A DNA stretch of 64,000 bases from Nymphaea colorata (Eukaryota). The notes under the pieces are model-generated. The model had not been told where the DNA came from. It did not search any database and saw nothing but the letters and a program-made list of their open reading frames with translations. A program made the position numbers and the translations under genes. The stretch lies in assembly GCF_008831285.2 (NCBI RefSeq), contig NC_045138.2, forward strand, positions 37,200,001 to 37,264,000, written 5' to 3'. Shown piece after piece: positions 39,784 through 51,370 of this stretch; the first letter of the stretch is position 1; every line of letters begins with the position of its first letter.

Positions 39784-39806
39784 GGGGTTAGGGAGGGGTG
39801 GTGGGG
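39784..39806 (+). promoter_or_regulatory. Canonical G-quadruplex motif upstream of ETT
   Basis: GGGG-TTA-GGG-A-GGGG-TGGT-GGGG, ~165 bp upstream of a TATA-like TTTATAAG at ~39973. Confidence 0.4.
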
Positions 39807-40106
39807 CAGTATCTAGTTGTGGGCACATAAAGAGTAGAGTAATAGGCCTTAGGACTTTAGGAGGGGGGGAAGTAGGACAACACTCACAGCAGCAGTAACT
39901 CAGTAGGGAGGGTGCAGCAGCCAGCAGGGCTGCAGGTTCGGCAGGGAGCCTTACTTTGAGATGTGATTTGATTTATAAGAGCAGGCTCAGGCCTCCCATC
40001 TCCCACTCTCTTTTCTCCCTCTGCAAACGAGAAAGGCAACTCACAGAAAAGATTGAAAGGAAAATAAAGTAGAGAGAGAAAGAGGGGCTGCAAAAATTTG
40101 TACACG

Positions 40107-40325
40107 ATGGATTGGCTGTCTCTTTTGACCCATGTCTTTTTGGTAAAAATGATATAATTGTCATCATCATCAGTTGGAGAGGTCAGAGAGCGAGAGAGAA
40201 AGGCGGGGGCCGGGGGGTTAAATTGAAACGATGGGGAAGGCTGGAAAAGGGAAGGAGAAGAGAGAAGGGTCGAAATCCACAATGCCCATCTGATGAGAAG
40301 GGTGGGAATAAGTCGTTGTGCTTAA
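40107..40325 (+). promoter_or_regulatory. uORF cluster in the putative ETT 5' leader: 40107-40157, 40132-40146, 40231-40293, 40293-40325
   Basis: ATG-to-stop frames read directly. They fall inside the transcript only if the TSS lies near the TATA-like site at ~39973. Confidence 0.6.
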
Positions 40326-43300
40326 TGGAGATCGATCTAAACAGGGTCGAGGAGGGTTGTGTTGAAAATGGAGGTGGTGATTTCTTAGGCTTGGCTCGTA
40401 CTCCCCCACCTTGTTCTTCTTCGCTGTCTTCGTCTTCCTCTTCTTCTGTGTGCTTGGAGCTATGGCACGCTTGTGCTGGGCCTCTTATCTCTCTGCCCCG
40501 GAAGGGCAGCCTCGTGGTGTATTTTCCCCAAGGCCATTTGGAGCAGCAAGCTCAGGAGTTCCACTCTCGAACTTGCGACCTTCCACCTCAGATGTTCTGC
40601 AGAGTTATGGACGTTAATCTCCATGTAAGAGAAGACCCACCTGTATAATTTCGCTCTTTTGCTCTTAAAAGTTAATTTAATGGTAGTATCCTGACATTGT
40701 TTTCTTGGTGTTCTTGGTTTCTTAGTTAAGAAGCTTGTTCACTCATTGGTATTTCAACGTTTTTCTTTCTGGGTTTCTATGCTTGGAATTGATGGATTCA
40801 TTGGCATTCAGATGATTATAGTTTCTGTTTTGTGGTTTCTAGGCCGAGAAATTGAATGACGAAGTGTATGCGCAAGTGTCCCTTTCGGCTGAAGACGAGG
40901 TAGGATCCTTTTTCCCAAAGTATAAAATTAAAGGGTTCTTTCTGTTTTACGAAGTGACCGAATTAGGATTTCTCTGTTTGGAATTTTTAAGTGGGTATCT
41001 TGGCCAATTCTGCGCAGTCGGCTGTTAGGAGTTTGAATGGAGAGGAAGAGGATAATGAAGAGAGTGAGGGGCTAAGAAGGAGGACGACCCCTCATATGTT
41101 TTGTAAGACGTTGACTGCGTCGGACACGAGCACGCATGGTGGGTTCTCGGTTCCCCGACGAGCTGCAGAGGACTGCTTTCCTCCCTTGGTAAAGAAAGCC
41201 TTTCATAGTCTTCCCTTTAGATGCATAGTTGGTTTCTCTATTGATTCATTTTTCCTTTTGTCACATCTCTTGAAGGACTATAGTCAGCAGAGGCCCTCAC
41301 AAGAGCTTATAGCAAAGGACTTGCATGGTATCATGTGGAGATTCCGTCATATCTATAGAGGTATTTCTGGTGGAAACTATGAATTGTTTATGATTAAGTG
41401 TAACTCCGTTCGTTATAGTGTACTTCCGAGTTATCGGAGGTTTCGGGTTATCCGCAATTTGTATGATTGGTTTCTTCATATCTTAAAATTTTCTCAAGTC
41501 TCTTTGTTGCATTACCAACAGTACCACACTCTAGCTTCTCCTCGTGATTCCGCCTGAAGCGCTGGATTTTGGATAACCTCCTTTGACTTGGTCATGTCCT
41601 TTAAGGTTGATGCAATGTGGCTTTTTGCAGGCCAGCCTCGTCGGCATTTGCTCACTACAGGCTGGAGCTCATTTGTCAACAAGAAGAAGCTGAAGTCTGG
41701 TGATGCTGTATTGTTTCTCAGGTACCATAAAATGAACGGGCTTGTTGCTTCCAAGCTTCATACTTTGAAGACTCTCTGCCCACATCTGCCTGTTCACCGT
41801 AGAACAACTTTTCTCTTATTTGCCCTTACAGGGGTGACGATGGGGAATTAAGGTTGGGAATCCGAAGAGCAGCCAGGCCACGATATTCTGTACCACACTC
41901 TGCTGCTTCGAGCCAGCTTTCAAATGCGAGCATGCTTTCCATGGTTGCTGAAGCATTATCCACCAAGAGCGTATTTCATATCTGCTACAACCCAAGGTAT
42001 ACATAGTTCTTTTTCCTTATAGGTAGGACAAGTTTCAGAGTTCAGTGGCTTCATGTGCTTGGTTTTCTTTCTTAGATGGGGAGCACTCCTATGGTTAAAT
42101 CTTTTCAATGTGATGAGAACGGACTGAAAGATGTAGCCTTGTGACCCTTTACCATAAAGTACCATTCATGTGATCGCTTTGTCAGTGTGCCATTTTGACA
42201 GTATCCTATCGATTTTAAAAAGATTGGGTGCGAAATAAAATGCATTGTTGAGTGTAAAAGAATGTTCACAGAGCATGCTTTTGTGACCAAGAACCTGTCT
42301 AATTCTTGACGCTTTTCCCTTATTTGAGCATATAAATTCCATAAACTGAGAGGCTATTTGTTGTCATCGTCGTCAAATCCAGACTTCCTAGCATGTCTTC
42401 TGTTTTTTCTTGTCATAGCAAACAAAGCCTTCATGCACTTTTTACAGGTTGTAAAATGTACTTTAGGATGTAAAATGGATGTCCTTTGGTTGTTGGCCTG
42501 TTTAATTTGTATTGAAGGATCCTCTTCATATTGTGCTGTTAGCCTGCAATGGATTGTATTGCAGAAGTGTCTTAGTTATCATGCTTGTTTTCTTCTTGGA
42601 AAACCTTCATCACATTTGCTAATTCTTGATGCCTTCCAAGTTACTGGACTTAGAGGACCTACCATAGGATCTTCATAGTTCTGCTGATTGTTTTTGTGAA
42701 TAAAGTGAGGGAATTGATAGCCAGGTCCTATATAATTGTTGCTCTTCTACTGTAATGATGATTTATCTTATGTGACACACACAAGTTTTTAAGGGTAACC
42801 TGGGCTTATGCCTGTCCTGTCTGTCAATGGTCTCCCTGTTAATGGCACAACTATTATCCGTTTTCCCCTTAGCCGTCATGCTATTTCATTTTCTACGGTT
42901 TATACTACAGTTTGTCTAGTCATTCAAGTTCTTTTCTATTAGGTTCTGATAACAATGGCTTCTCATTGTTGATTTTGTATTTCGCGCTGGCATGGTTTAT
43001 GGACTTTGCTTTTATTCAGTCTTATGTAAATCCTGATGTCTTTGTTAAGTGTGCTAGATTGTGGAATCTTCTGTCTGGTTTTTGCATAAAATGTATTTGT
43101 CCATTGGCTTCCCACCAAAGTGTTAAGCAGGTAACAAAAATTCTTTCTGTGGAATAAAAAAATTTCACTTGATGTCCCTAGCAAGCCTTTGGTGTAGGTT
43201 GATTAGCGCATATCATTCTTGCTCATTTTATTTCTCAATGTTTTTTTGTCAAGTTGATGCCTTGAATCCCTAGGGTGTTTGGAAGAAGTATATTTTGGTT

Positions 43301-46300
43301 GTTTGAAATGGGAATTAAGTTGCCATGAAAGGGGAACAAATGAGTGGTTGGCCAAAAAACGTGAATACAGGTGACATGTTCCAAGAATTGAATAAAAACG
43401 AAAAAGGAGGAGAATTTCACACACAACGCAGAAAGAGAACCATGATAATCACACAAAAGTAATGTGACATTCATACCATAAATATGTCATTCATATGTTT
43501 TTATTTCTCATTTTGTTAAAAATATTGTGAAGAACCATAGTAGTATAAATCTAGTTTGTCCAATAAGTCTTGTGTTGAACATGGATACCTTAGTTTGTGA
43601 TTTGATTGGAGCTTTCTGGATTTTGTTACTTGGTAAATTTTGCTGGTTGTTGTCTCTTTTGTTTTGGAAGTCATGCAATATGTGTAACTTTGGTTCAGAT
43701 GCTAGTTGAATGATGTCCCATTTCTCTATGCTTTAGACGCACTTCAAGTGCATTGCCCTTGTTATCAATAGAAGTTAGAACATATTTATGTTTTACATCA
43801 TTGTCCAAGGGCACATACATTTTATGCCATTGCCTGAGGATTGATACACTTTTTGGACCAGAAAGTTTTGGTGTTTGAGTTCTGAAGCTTGGACTATTAT
43901 TTGACTGTCTTGATTTAGCCTTGTATTATCCCTTAATCATTGTTTGCCTATTGAGTCCTTTCACTGCCTTTCTGAGATTGTTAATTAGGATTCTTTAAGA
44001 TCACAGCTTCATATTGCTGTCTGTCTGATATTCTTCCATGACCTCATCTTATGCAGGGCCAGCCCAGCAGAGTTCATGATACCCTACTGGAAGTATTTAA
44101 GAAGCTGTAATCATCCATACTCGATCGGAATGAGGCTCAAAATGAGGGTCGAAACTGAGGATGCTGTAGAGAGGAGGTTTGTGATCTACTATTAGCTGAA
44201 AATTGGTAATTAGAACCACTATATAATAAGGTTGGATAATTGCAGATACACAGGACAGATATCTGGTATTGGCGATGTAGATCCAATTAGGTGGCCTGGT
44301 TCAAAATGGAGATGCTTGGTGGTACGTGCTCATGACCTTGGTGATCAATTGCTTTTAATAGTCCAATCTTTAGGGAAAATTTGGGCAAGGGCTGAAAAGA
44401 ATATGTGTACCTTATCTACTTTTTGATGATGAATCTGCTTAAATGTTTTACACTTTCCAGTCAGAATGTTGTTATGTGTTTTCCTTGTCTCTCTTCCCAT
44501 GTGTGTGTGTGTGTGTGTGTGTGGGTTCATCGAGGTTAACTTCCTGCTAATTAGTCATCTATGTATTTGCCTAAGTTATTGGATAGCATCACTAATTTAT
44601 TCAAACCGTAGATTTACATTACATGATTTAATTGCATTATGTGCATGGTTCCATTGTTGTTTGACCTTCACGCTATTCTTGATGACATTCTTACAGGTCA
44701 GATGGGATGATGATTCAGGAACTGGTCTTCATGATAGAGTTTCACCTTGGGAGATCGAGCCATCCAGCTTGGTACCAGGTTTCAGTTTGCCACTGACAGC
44801 TGCATCGAAGAGACCTAAGATGAGTCTCCCATCCATCAGCCTAGAGTTCCCTCTTCCTGGTATATTCATGAGGGCACCAATAATAAGATTTGTATTTCAC
44901 AAGCTCAATTTAATACCAGATTCTATAATTCATGGTGTTCTTTTTTTTTCTGCAGATAGAAGTGGGTTTTCAGACTTCAATGAATCTTCAAGATTCCAAA
45001 AGGTCTTGCAAGGTCAAGAAATTTCAGGGTTTGGTGCAAAATATGGTAACATTCGTTCTATGAACGACCAGACATCTGGCAACCAGAGGTACAATTCCCT
45101 GGCATATACTTCCACATTGTCTGGCATGGTAGGACCCATGAGGACTCCATCAGGAGCTTCAGGTGGTCATGGAAAATGCATAGGCTTTGAAGAGTCTAAT
45201 AGATTCCTAAAGGTCTTGCAAGGTCAAGAAAAGTTTCAGGCAGAATCTCCTCAGATTGATGGACTGCCATCGAAACAGTTCGGGTTTGGATTTTCAGAAG
45301 GATTGCAGATACCTAATGTGAGCAAGAGGTCGGCCCCAGAGTCACAGGGGCATTCTACTCAACTTCCACCAAAGAATGCAAAGGTTTCGTCCCCTTCATC
45401 TGTTTTCATGTTCCAACAGGCAAGTAATAGAAGCTTGTGCCCACACAGTTCAAATGGTCTTGAAATCATGCACAAAATTAGGGAACAAAGCAGCCTGCAC
45501 GGTGGGTTTGATTATTCTGAGGTATCAATTGGGCAGCGGAGCTCCCCCATATATGGATTAAGTAGTATCCAACAGTTAGGACTTGGGAACATGTGTTCGT
45601 TAGGTTCCTTGAGATTGCACAACCAGGCTGGAGATAGGAATGCTCCTGGACTTACTTATGAAAATGAATGCCAGAGTGTAGACATTTACAGGAAAAGCAG
45701 TTGTCGGCTTTTTGGCTTTTCACTGAAACCCGTTGAATCTGCATCAGTTGTGGAAGACCCTGTTCTTAGGTCCGTGCTTTCTCCAGCAGATGTCTCACGT
45801 GCAAGCGAGGCTGCTTATCAAAACTTTCCCTTCACAGCTGGCTCCGAAAGAAGTGAAAAGCATGTACTTCCGAACTTGCAGAGGTGCCTGAAATCTTCAG
45901 GCCGCAGTTGTACTAAAGTAAGGATCAAATTTTTCTTTTTTCATTCTATATCCGAAGAATTGAAATTTTGCTTTTCTTTCAGCCCTTGTTTGGTTCTTGC
46001 TTTTACATCTCCCATCTTAACTGCACTTGGCTCCAAGTTTTTGCAGGTCCACAAGCAGGGAAGCTTGGTGGGGAGAGCCATTGACCTGTCAAAGCTTAAT
46101 GGGTATGATGATCTGATCTATGAGCTAGAAAGGCTTTTTGATATGGAAGGTCTGCTGCGTGACCCTGCAAAGGGGTGGCAAGTTGTGTATACGGATGATG
46201 AGAATGATATGATGCTTGTGGGTGATGACCCATGGCAGTGAGTCACTTTGCCTTACTCTTCCCCTCTGATGAGATCATCCCAATTAACATTCCATTTATC

Positions 46301-46491
46301 TACACTTTTTCAGGGAATTCTGTAATATCGTCTCCAAAATTCATATATATACGCAGGAAGAAGTGCTAACAATGGCTTCCAGAATGAAGAGCTACGAGGC
46401 CACTAGTTGCTCAGATGCGCCTGTGACCATTGACGTATCCAAAACATCTTCTGAACACATGGATTCGTCAGTGACGGTAACAAGGACTTGA
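40325..46491 (+). CDS. ARF3: Auxin response factor, ETTIN/ARF3 type, with C-terminal PB1 domain; exons 40325-40624, 40843-40899, 41018-41188, 41276-41360, 41631-41721, 41832-41996, 44057-44176, 44246-44321, 44697-44859, 44956-45917, 46047-46237, 46314-46491
   Basis: [39 protein letters not shown] (ETT-like); B3 domain [58 protein letters not shown]; two RF.KVLQGQE motifs; [20 protein letters not shown]1 [17 protein letters not shown]...[20 protein letters not shown]. All introns are GT-AG. Confidence 0.92.
45000..45020 (+). promoter_or_regulatory. tasiR-ARF (TAS3) target site 1
   Basis: AAGGTCTTGCAAGGTCAAGAA, the conserved ARF2/3/4 site complementary to tasiR-ARF. Confidence 0.92.
45210..45230 (+). 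promoter_or_regulatory. tasiR-ARF (TAS3) target site 2
   Basis: Identical 21-mer AAGGTCTTGCAAGGTCAAGAA in the same exon. Confidence 0.92.
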
Positions 46492-48510
46492 AGCCAATCT
46501 CTGTACTTCTCCCCCGTACGATCCTCCCAAGAACACTGTAGCTTGTATTCCGTGAAAGACTTTCTTCTTCTGCACTGGCTCCTGTTTCAGCAGAAGAAAC
46601 CAAACGATATGCGTGCTTCTTTAACTGCAGCAGCCCAATGGATGCTACTAAAACGTGTATAAGGACATTGTAGCTAAACACCCATCTGTCCCCGCAAATG
46701 GGTGGTTGTATTACCAAACTCCAGTGAAGGGCCTGCTTTCTTGAGCTTTTTGAGCAGGACCCCTGATTCCCACTCGTATCAGCGTTTCTAATTCTTTTCT
46801 TTGGGCATCATCTTTGTTTAAACCACATTACCATGTCGTTGGATTTGGTATCAAAGCAAAGGTAATTGCTCAAGCTCAGAGAACAGGAAAATGCGCCTTT
46901 TGCAGGCCTCATAACGCATCATCGGTGGCATTTGGCAGTTAACATGCTTGTCAAACTGCTAAATTTAAGGGTTTTGGCTTGTCTTCAATTGCTTGGTGGA
47001 AGCATGCCAGCCGTTTATAATAGTTATTTTAGAGGAGGGTTTTTTCCCAAGCATACTTCCCGTTTTACTCATATTTTGTTTCATAGGCTATGGCAAATAG
47101 GTCTCCCTAAGTTATATAAAACTGAAAAGGTTTTAAATAAAAATGCAGTCTCAAAATATATAAAGGGTGTTTCGAATAACACAAAAAATATGTTTATAGG
47201 AAAAGAGAGCCAATATCACGTTACCTAACAAAGTTACGAATCTGCACAAAAATTAGTGAAATCTTGATGAAAATTTTCTCATCACTGCAAACGTGGGTTA
47301 CCGGGAATTTAGTTGAACCGTGGTGGCTCCCACAAGCAAACATCGATATAGGACCATAAGTGCAACAAGCATTTGCATGCATGCGTTTATGCACCTGATA
47401 TCATGATTTTATCGAAGGTGATTTTCACTCAAGAGACAAATATTTCGATAAGAGGGCAATAAAATGCGTTTTTTTTTTTTTACATTTCTGGCTTTGATTG
47501 AAGCACTTGGATTGTAGTTGTCACATCGTATGTTGACAAATTTTTCGGCGCATTTTCAAGTGCAGAAGCAAAAGAATTTAAGTTAAGCAAGTAATCTCTG
47601 TCTTGAAGCTTCCCAAGAAAAAATTGGAAGAAGTCAGCTTCTTGTATCCAGTTTTTCTTTATTTTTCATTTATAAGAGCTGAAACCGAATTTTGGACTTA
47701 TGGACTTCCTGACCTTAAGGGGTCGTTTTAGTAACCCGGATCATAGATCTGAGTTTTCGGTTTAACAAGAAGGTCTGCCCTAAAACCATGGTTCTAACAA
47801 AGTATGGATTTTAGAATCATTGATCTAGATCACGCCTTAAATTCAGGGTGGGAGGTCAGACTTGAAATCATTGAATCATAAACAAGTAGTGTGTTGAACC
47901 CTAACACCCACATCACTGGCACGAACATTCCATTGCCATTAAAGAAATGCAAGCAAGGCAACGACATCACTTGCTCTGCTACCAAGACTCGCATTTTAAC
48001 ACAATTAATTAATAGATAGTCAAGTTTTACTCTCCATTGTTAGCGTAACGTGTTCACCAACTCTTGCTTTGAAAAATGAACCTTCATTTTCCTTACATAC
48101 GCGCCTTCTCACGTCAGACAAACTACCAAACATTGTTCATTTAAAGTAATGACGTCCTCATTCTTTCGGGGGTATCTCCTCTGATTCTCCTACAGCCACA
48201 GAAGAAGCTCCTTGATTTACGATGACTATTCAAAGAGTTGTGTCACTTCCCAATCTGGTATAAAGAAATGGAAGTTGTTTCTTTTCTGATACAGGCGAGG
48301 GAAGAAAGCGGAAAATCAAAATATTTCAACAAGTCCTTACCCACTTCTGCTTCTTGATTCTCTTTTAAATATTTTGATGTGAAAGTTCTTCAACCTTCAT
48401 GAGTTGCTCACTACCCACTTGTCTAATTAGATCAAGAAGTGATGTAATCGCGGTGTTTTAGGTGAGAGGGGGAGGGGAAGGGGGAGAGGGAGAGGGAGAG
48501 GTAGAAGCAA

Positions 48511-50409
48511 ATGGAGAAGGCGTTCTTGGATGTGATGCTGGTTCCAACTTCGCTGGTGGTGATGTTTGGGTACCATCTGTTCCTGCTCTATAGAATCCTG
48601 AGGCGGCCGGAGACCACAGTCGTCGGCTATGAGAACCACAACAAGATGGAGTGGGTTGAGAGGATGATGCAGGTAGGCTGCAACCTCTGCTTCTTTTTCT
48701 CATTATTGTTTCTTGAATTTTAATCGTCTTAAGGTATAAATTCGCTTTGAATTGTCTTTAAATAGAAAGCAAGCTGACTAACCTTCCTTGTTTTCTGCCC
48801 TTGTTCCTGCTGATAACTGACCTGATTGTTAACATAAGATCTCAACTCCGTCCCTTAGTTGGTTTCATGAATTTTAGAAAAACTTTGAGCAAGGATGGCA
48901 TTATACTGTGAAGCATGAGCATATATGCTGTTGAAGATTTCTTACAAAGTTGACTATCAAATCTCTTTTAACTGCAGTATGACAATTTACTCGATCTTGA
49001 GAAACATATGATTTCATGTATTCTTATAACCTGGTTTAAAGTTGAGATGAGAGTTGGTATAATGGTTTTTAACGCGAGCCATAGTCGAATTTAGTTCACA
49101 TCTTAGAAATGACATAAACAACAGAAATTCATAGAATGAAACACATGACAAATATCAATTGCCGTCTGTCAAGCTTCAATTTGCCTTCTTGAAGAGGCAA
49201 TAGAATATGTACAACTCGTCGTGTACAATTTATTGATATATAACTTCATGAGATTTTTTCAAAATTTTTAACTTATTAAATGCTTTAGACACACATATAT
49301 ATGAGGCTGTACAATTTACTTTTCTTAATGAATACATGTCCTTATATTTTGAACTCTAATACCAATTATGCTGATGTAGTCCAAAGTTGAATTGAATGGC
49401 GAGTATGCTGAATCTCAATTGCCCCATATTTAGTTCCGCGTCGTATAACTAAAACGATTAGAAATTGAAAGAGCAAGATGGCATGTACGCAAGTGCATAA
49501 ATTCTTGAAATAAGCATCAAAACTGTTTCTGTTAGGGGCATCCTTGTATCTGGGTAGGTGAGAGACCTCATTTTGAATTCATGTCCGAAACTTTGTTTGT
49601 TCAATGCGTGTATTTCTTTTAATTTAATCGAAAAATTAGATGTCTTTTATAATATTCATGTCTATAAATCAGCGTTTGAAAACATTCTTTAAGAAAAAGA
49701 AAGAAAGAAACAAGATTTCCATATCTCTATTTTTTTTTTTTTTTTTGGCTGCAGCAAATTCGGCGTTCATCTGATTTTAAATGTCGTTAGGTCATCCAAG
49801 ATCGGAACCTTTTACATCGCCATTGACCGTTTGATACAGGGAGGTCCAGAGGCAACAAGGACAGCATTAGCAGTTATCGCTACCAACTTATCGGCCGCAA
49901 CAGTTTCGGCATCCCTGTCGATCGCACTCGCCTCCCTGATCGGCGCTTGGATCGGAAGCAACTCCCTCTCCTCCAAGTTATTCACAGGGGCCGTCATCTA
50001 TGGCGATGTGTCTCCGTCCACGGAGGGCGTCAAGTACGTGACTCTGCTCGCCTGTTTCCTCCTCGCCTTCACCTTCTTCATTCAGTCTGCGAGACACTTC
50101 GTCCATGCCAACTTCCTCATCAGCACCCCCGGCTGCGAAATTCCGGTCACTTACGTCCAGCGCGCCGTCGTCTGGGGCGGCAACTTCTGGTCCCTAGGCC
50201 TGAGAGCTCTGTATTTCGCCACCATCTTCTTGCTTTGGATCTTTGGTCCAATCCCCATGTTCGTGACCTCGATTTTCATGGTGACTACCCTCCATGTGTT
50301 GGACACTAACTCGACTCCACTGCTGCAATATGGAGCCCCAAAGAAGGGAACTGACCTGAGGGAGCAACTGCACCTCCAAGGCCACCATGGTGTAGCGGAG
50401 GCACTGTAG
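48511..50409 (+). CDS. DUF599 family membrane protein; exons 48511-48672 and 49840-50409 (~243 aa)
   Basis: LDVMLVP...GYHLFLLYRILRRPETTVVGYENHNK.EWVERMM; KYVTLLACFLLAF..FIQS.R.FVHANFLIS; NFWSLGLRALYFA...LLWIFGPIPMF; phase-0 GT-AG intron. Confidence 0.88.
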
Positions 50410-50970
50410 CCACTTGGGTCTCCTTGAAATAAGACGAGAAATCGGTAGCATGTCAGGAGATTGAATCCTCTTTGGTAGTCAAAAGTAAAGTTTAATGAGG
50501 TTCTCTTTTCAGGAAAGTGTTTATTAAATGTCTAGTGCTGAGGCGCTGGCGCTTCTGATTCCTGCAGCTTTTCCATGGTCTTGATCTCTTTTTGTCTCTC
50601 TGCGGTTTTTAAATCACCTTTTCTTCTTCCCTCGCGTGCGCCGGGAATTAGCACTTGATGAGAAGCTGAGTGGTATGATCAGTAATCAATCCAAACTATT
50701 AGAAGGGAAACTCCAGAATCTTTTCCCTAGTCGAATCCGCAGAATGTATATCAGGTGTTGCCCTGCAAAAGGCCAGAATTTCAAGATTTTCAGGAAAATG
50801 TTTACGGATGGGTTTCTGCAACAACAACAGATTAATGGCCGGAGTGCCAAGATTATGAAATTACCGTTAGATCAGCAATCTTGGTTTGGTTCGGTGATTT
50901 GCTAATACTGCAAAATGAGCAGGTTTATATATTCTTGATGTTCAAGTGAGAGAACTGACCACATTGGCGT

Positions 50971-51093
50971 AATTTGTGTTGCACATAAGATCGTAAAACA
51001 CAAAACATAAAGAAGCATATTCCCAGCGCCATGGAATTGTGTTGCACATAAGATCATAAAACACAAAACATAAAGAAGCATATTCCCAACGCC
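50971..51093. repeat. Near-tandem duplication of a ~60-bp unit
   Basis: TTGTGTTGCACATAAGATCRTAAAACACAAAACATAAAGAAGCATATTCCCARCGCC twice. Confidence 0.9.
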
Positions 51094-51300
51094 GGTCTCT
51101 TCCATGGCTTCCATTTCTTTTGCCGTGGGAGAGAGAAAAGGCAAAAAGGATGTAAACGGAATGTGTGGGGGCCGAACCATAAAATTTGTGACCGGACCAT
51201 TGTACGGGCAATTAAATGGCGGCCATGTTGACCACACGGTTGGTGAAAGTAAAGGTCCGATCTAAGGACAGCGATTGTATTAATGCATCGAAAGCTACAC

Positions 51301-51370
51301 TGATACCATAGTCTTTCCGTTTCTACTGTTTCTTTGATACCATAGTCTTCCCGTTTCTATCTACTGTTTT
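51301..51370. repeat. ~35-bp tandem duplication
   Basis: TGATACCATAGTCTTYCCGTTTCTA twice. Confidence 0.8.
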
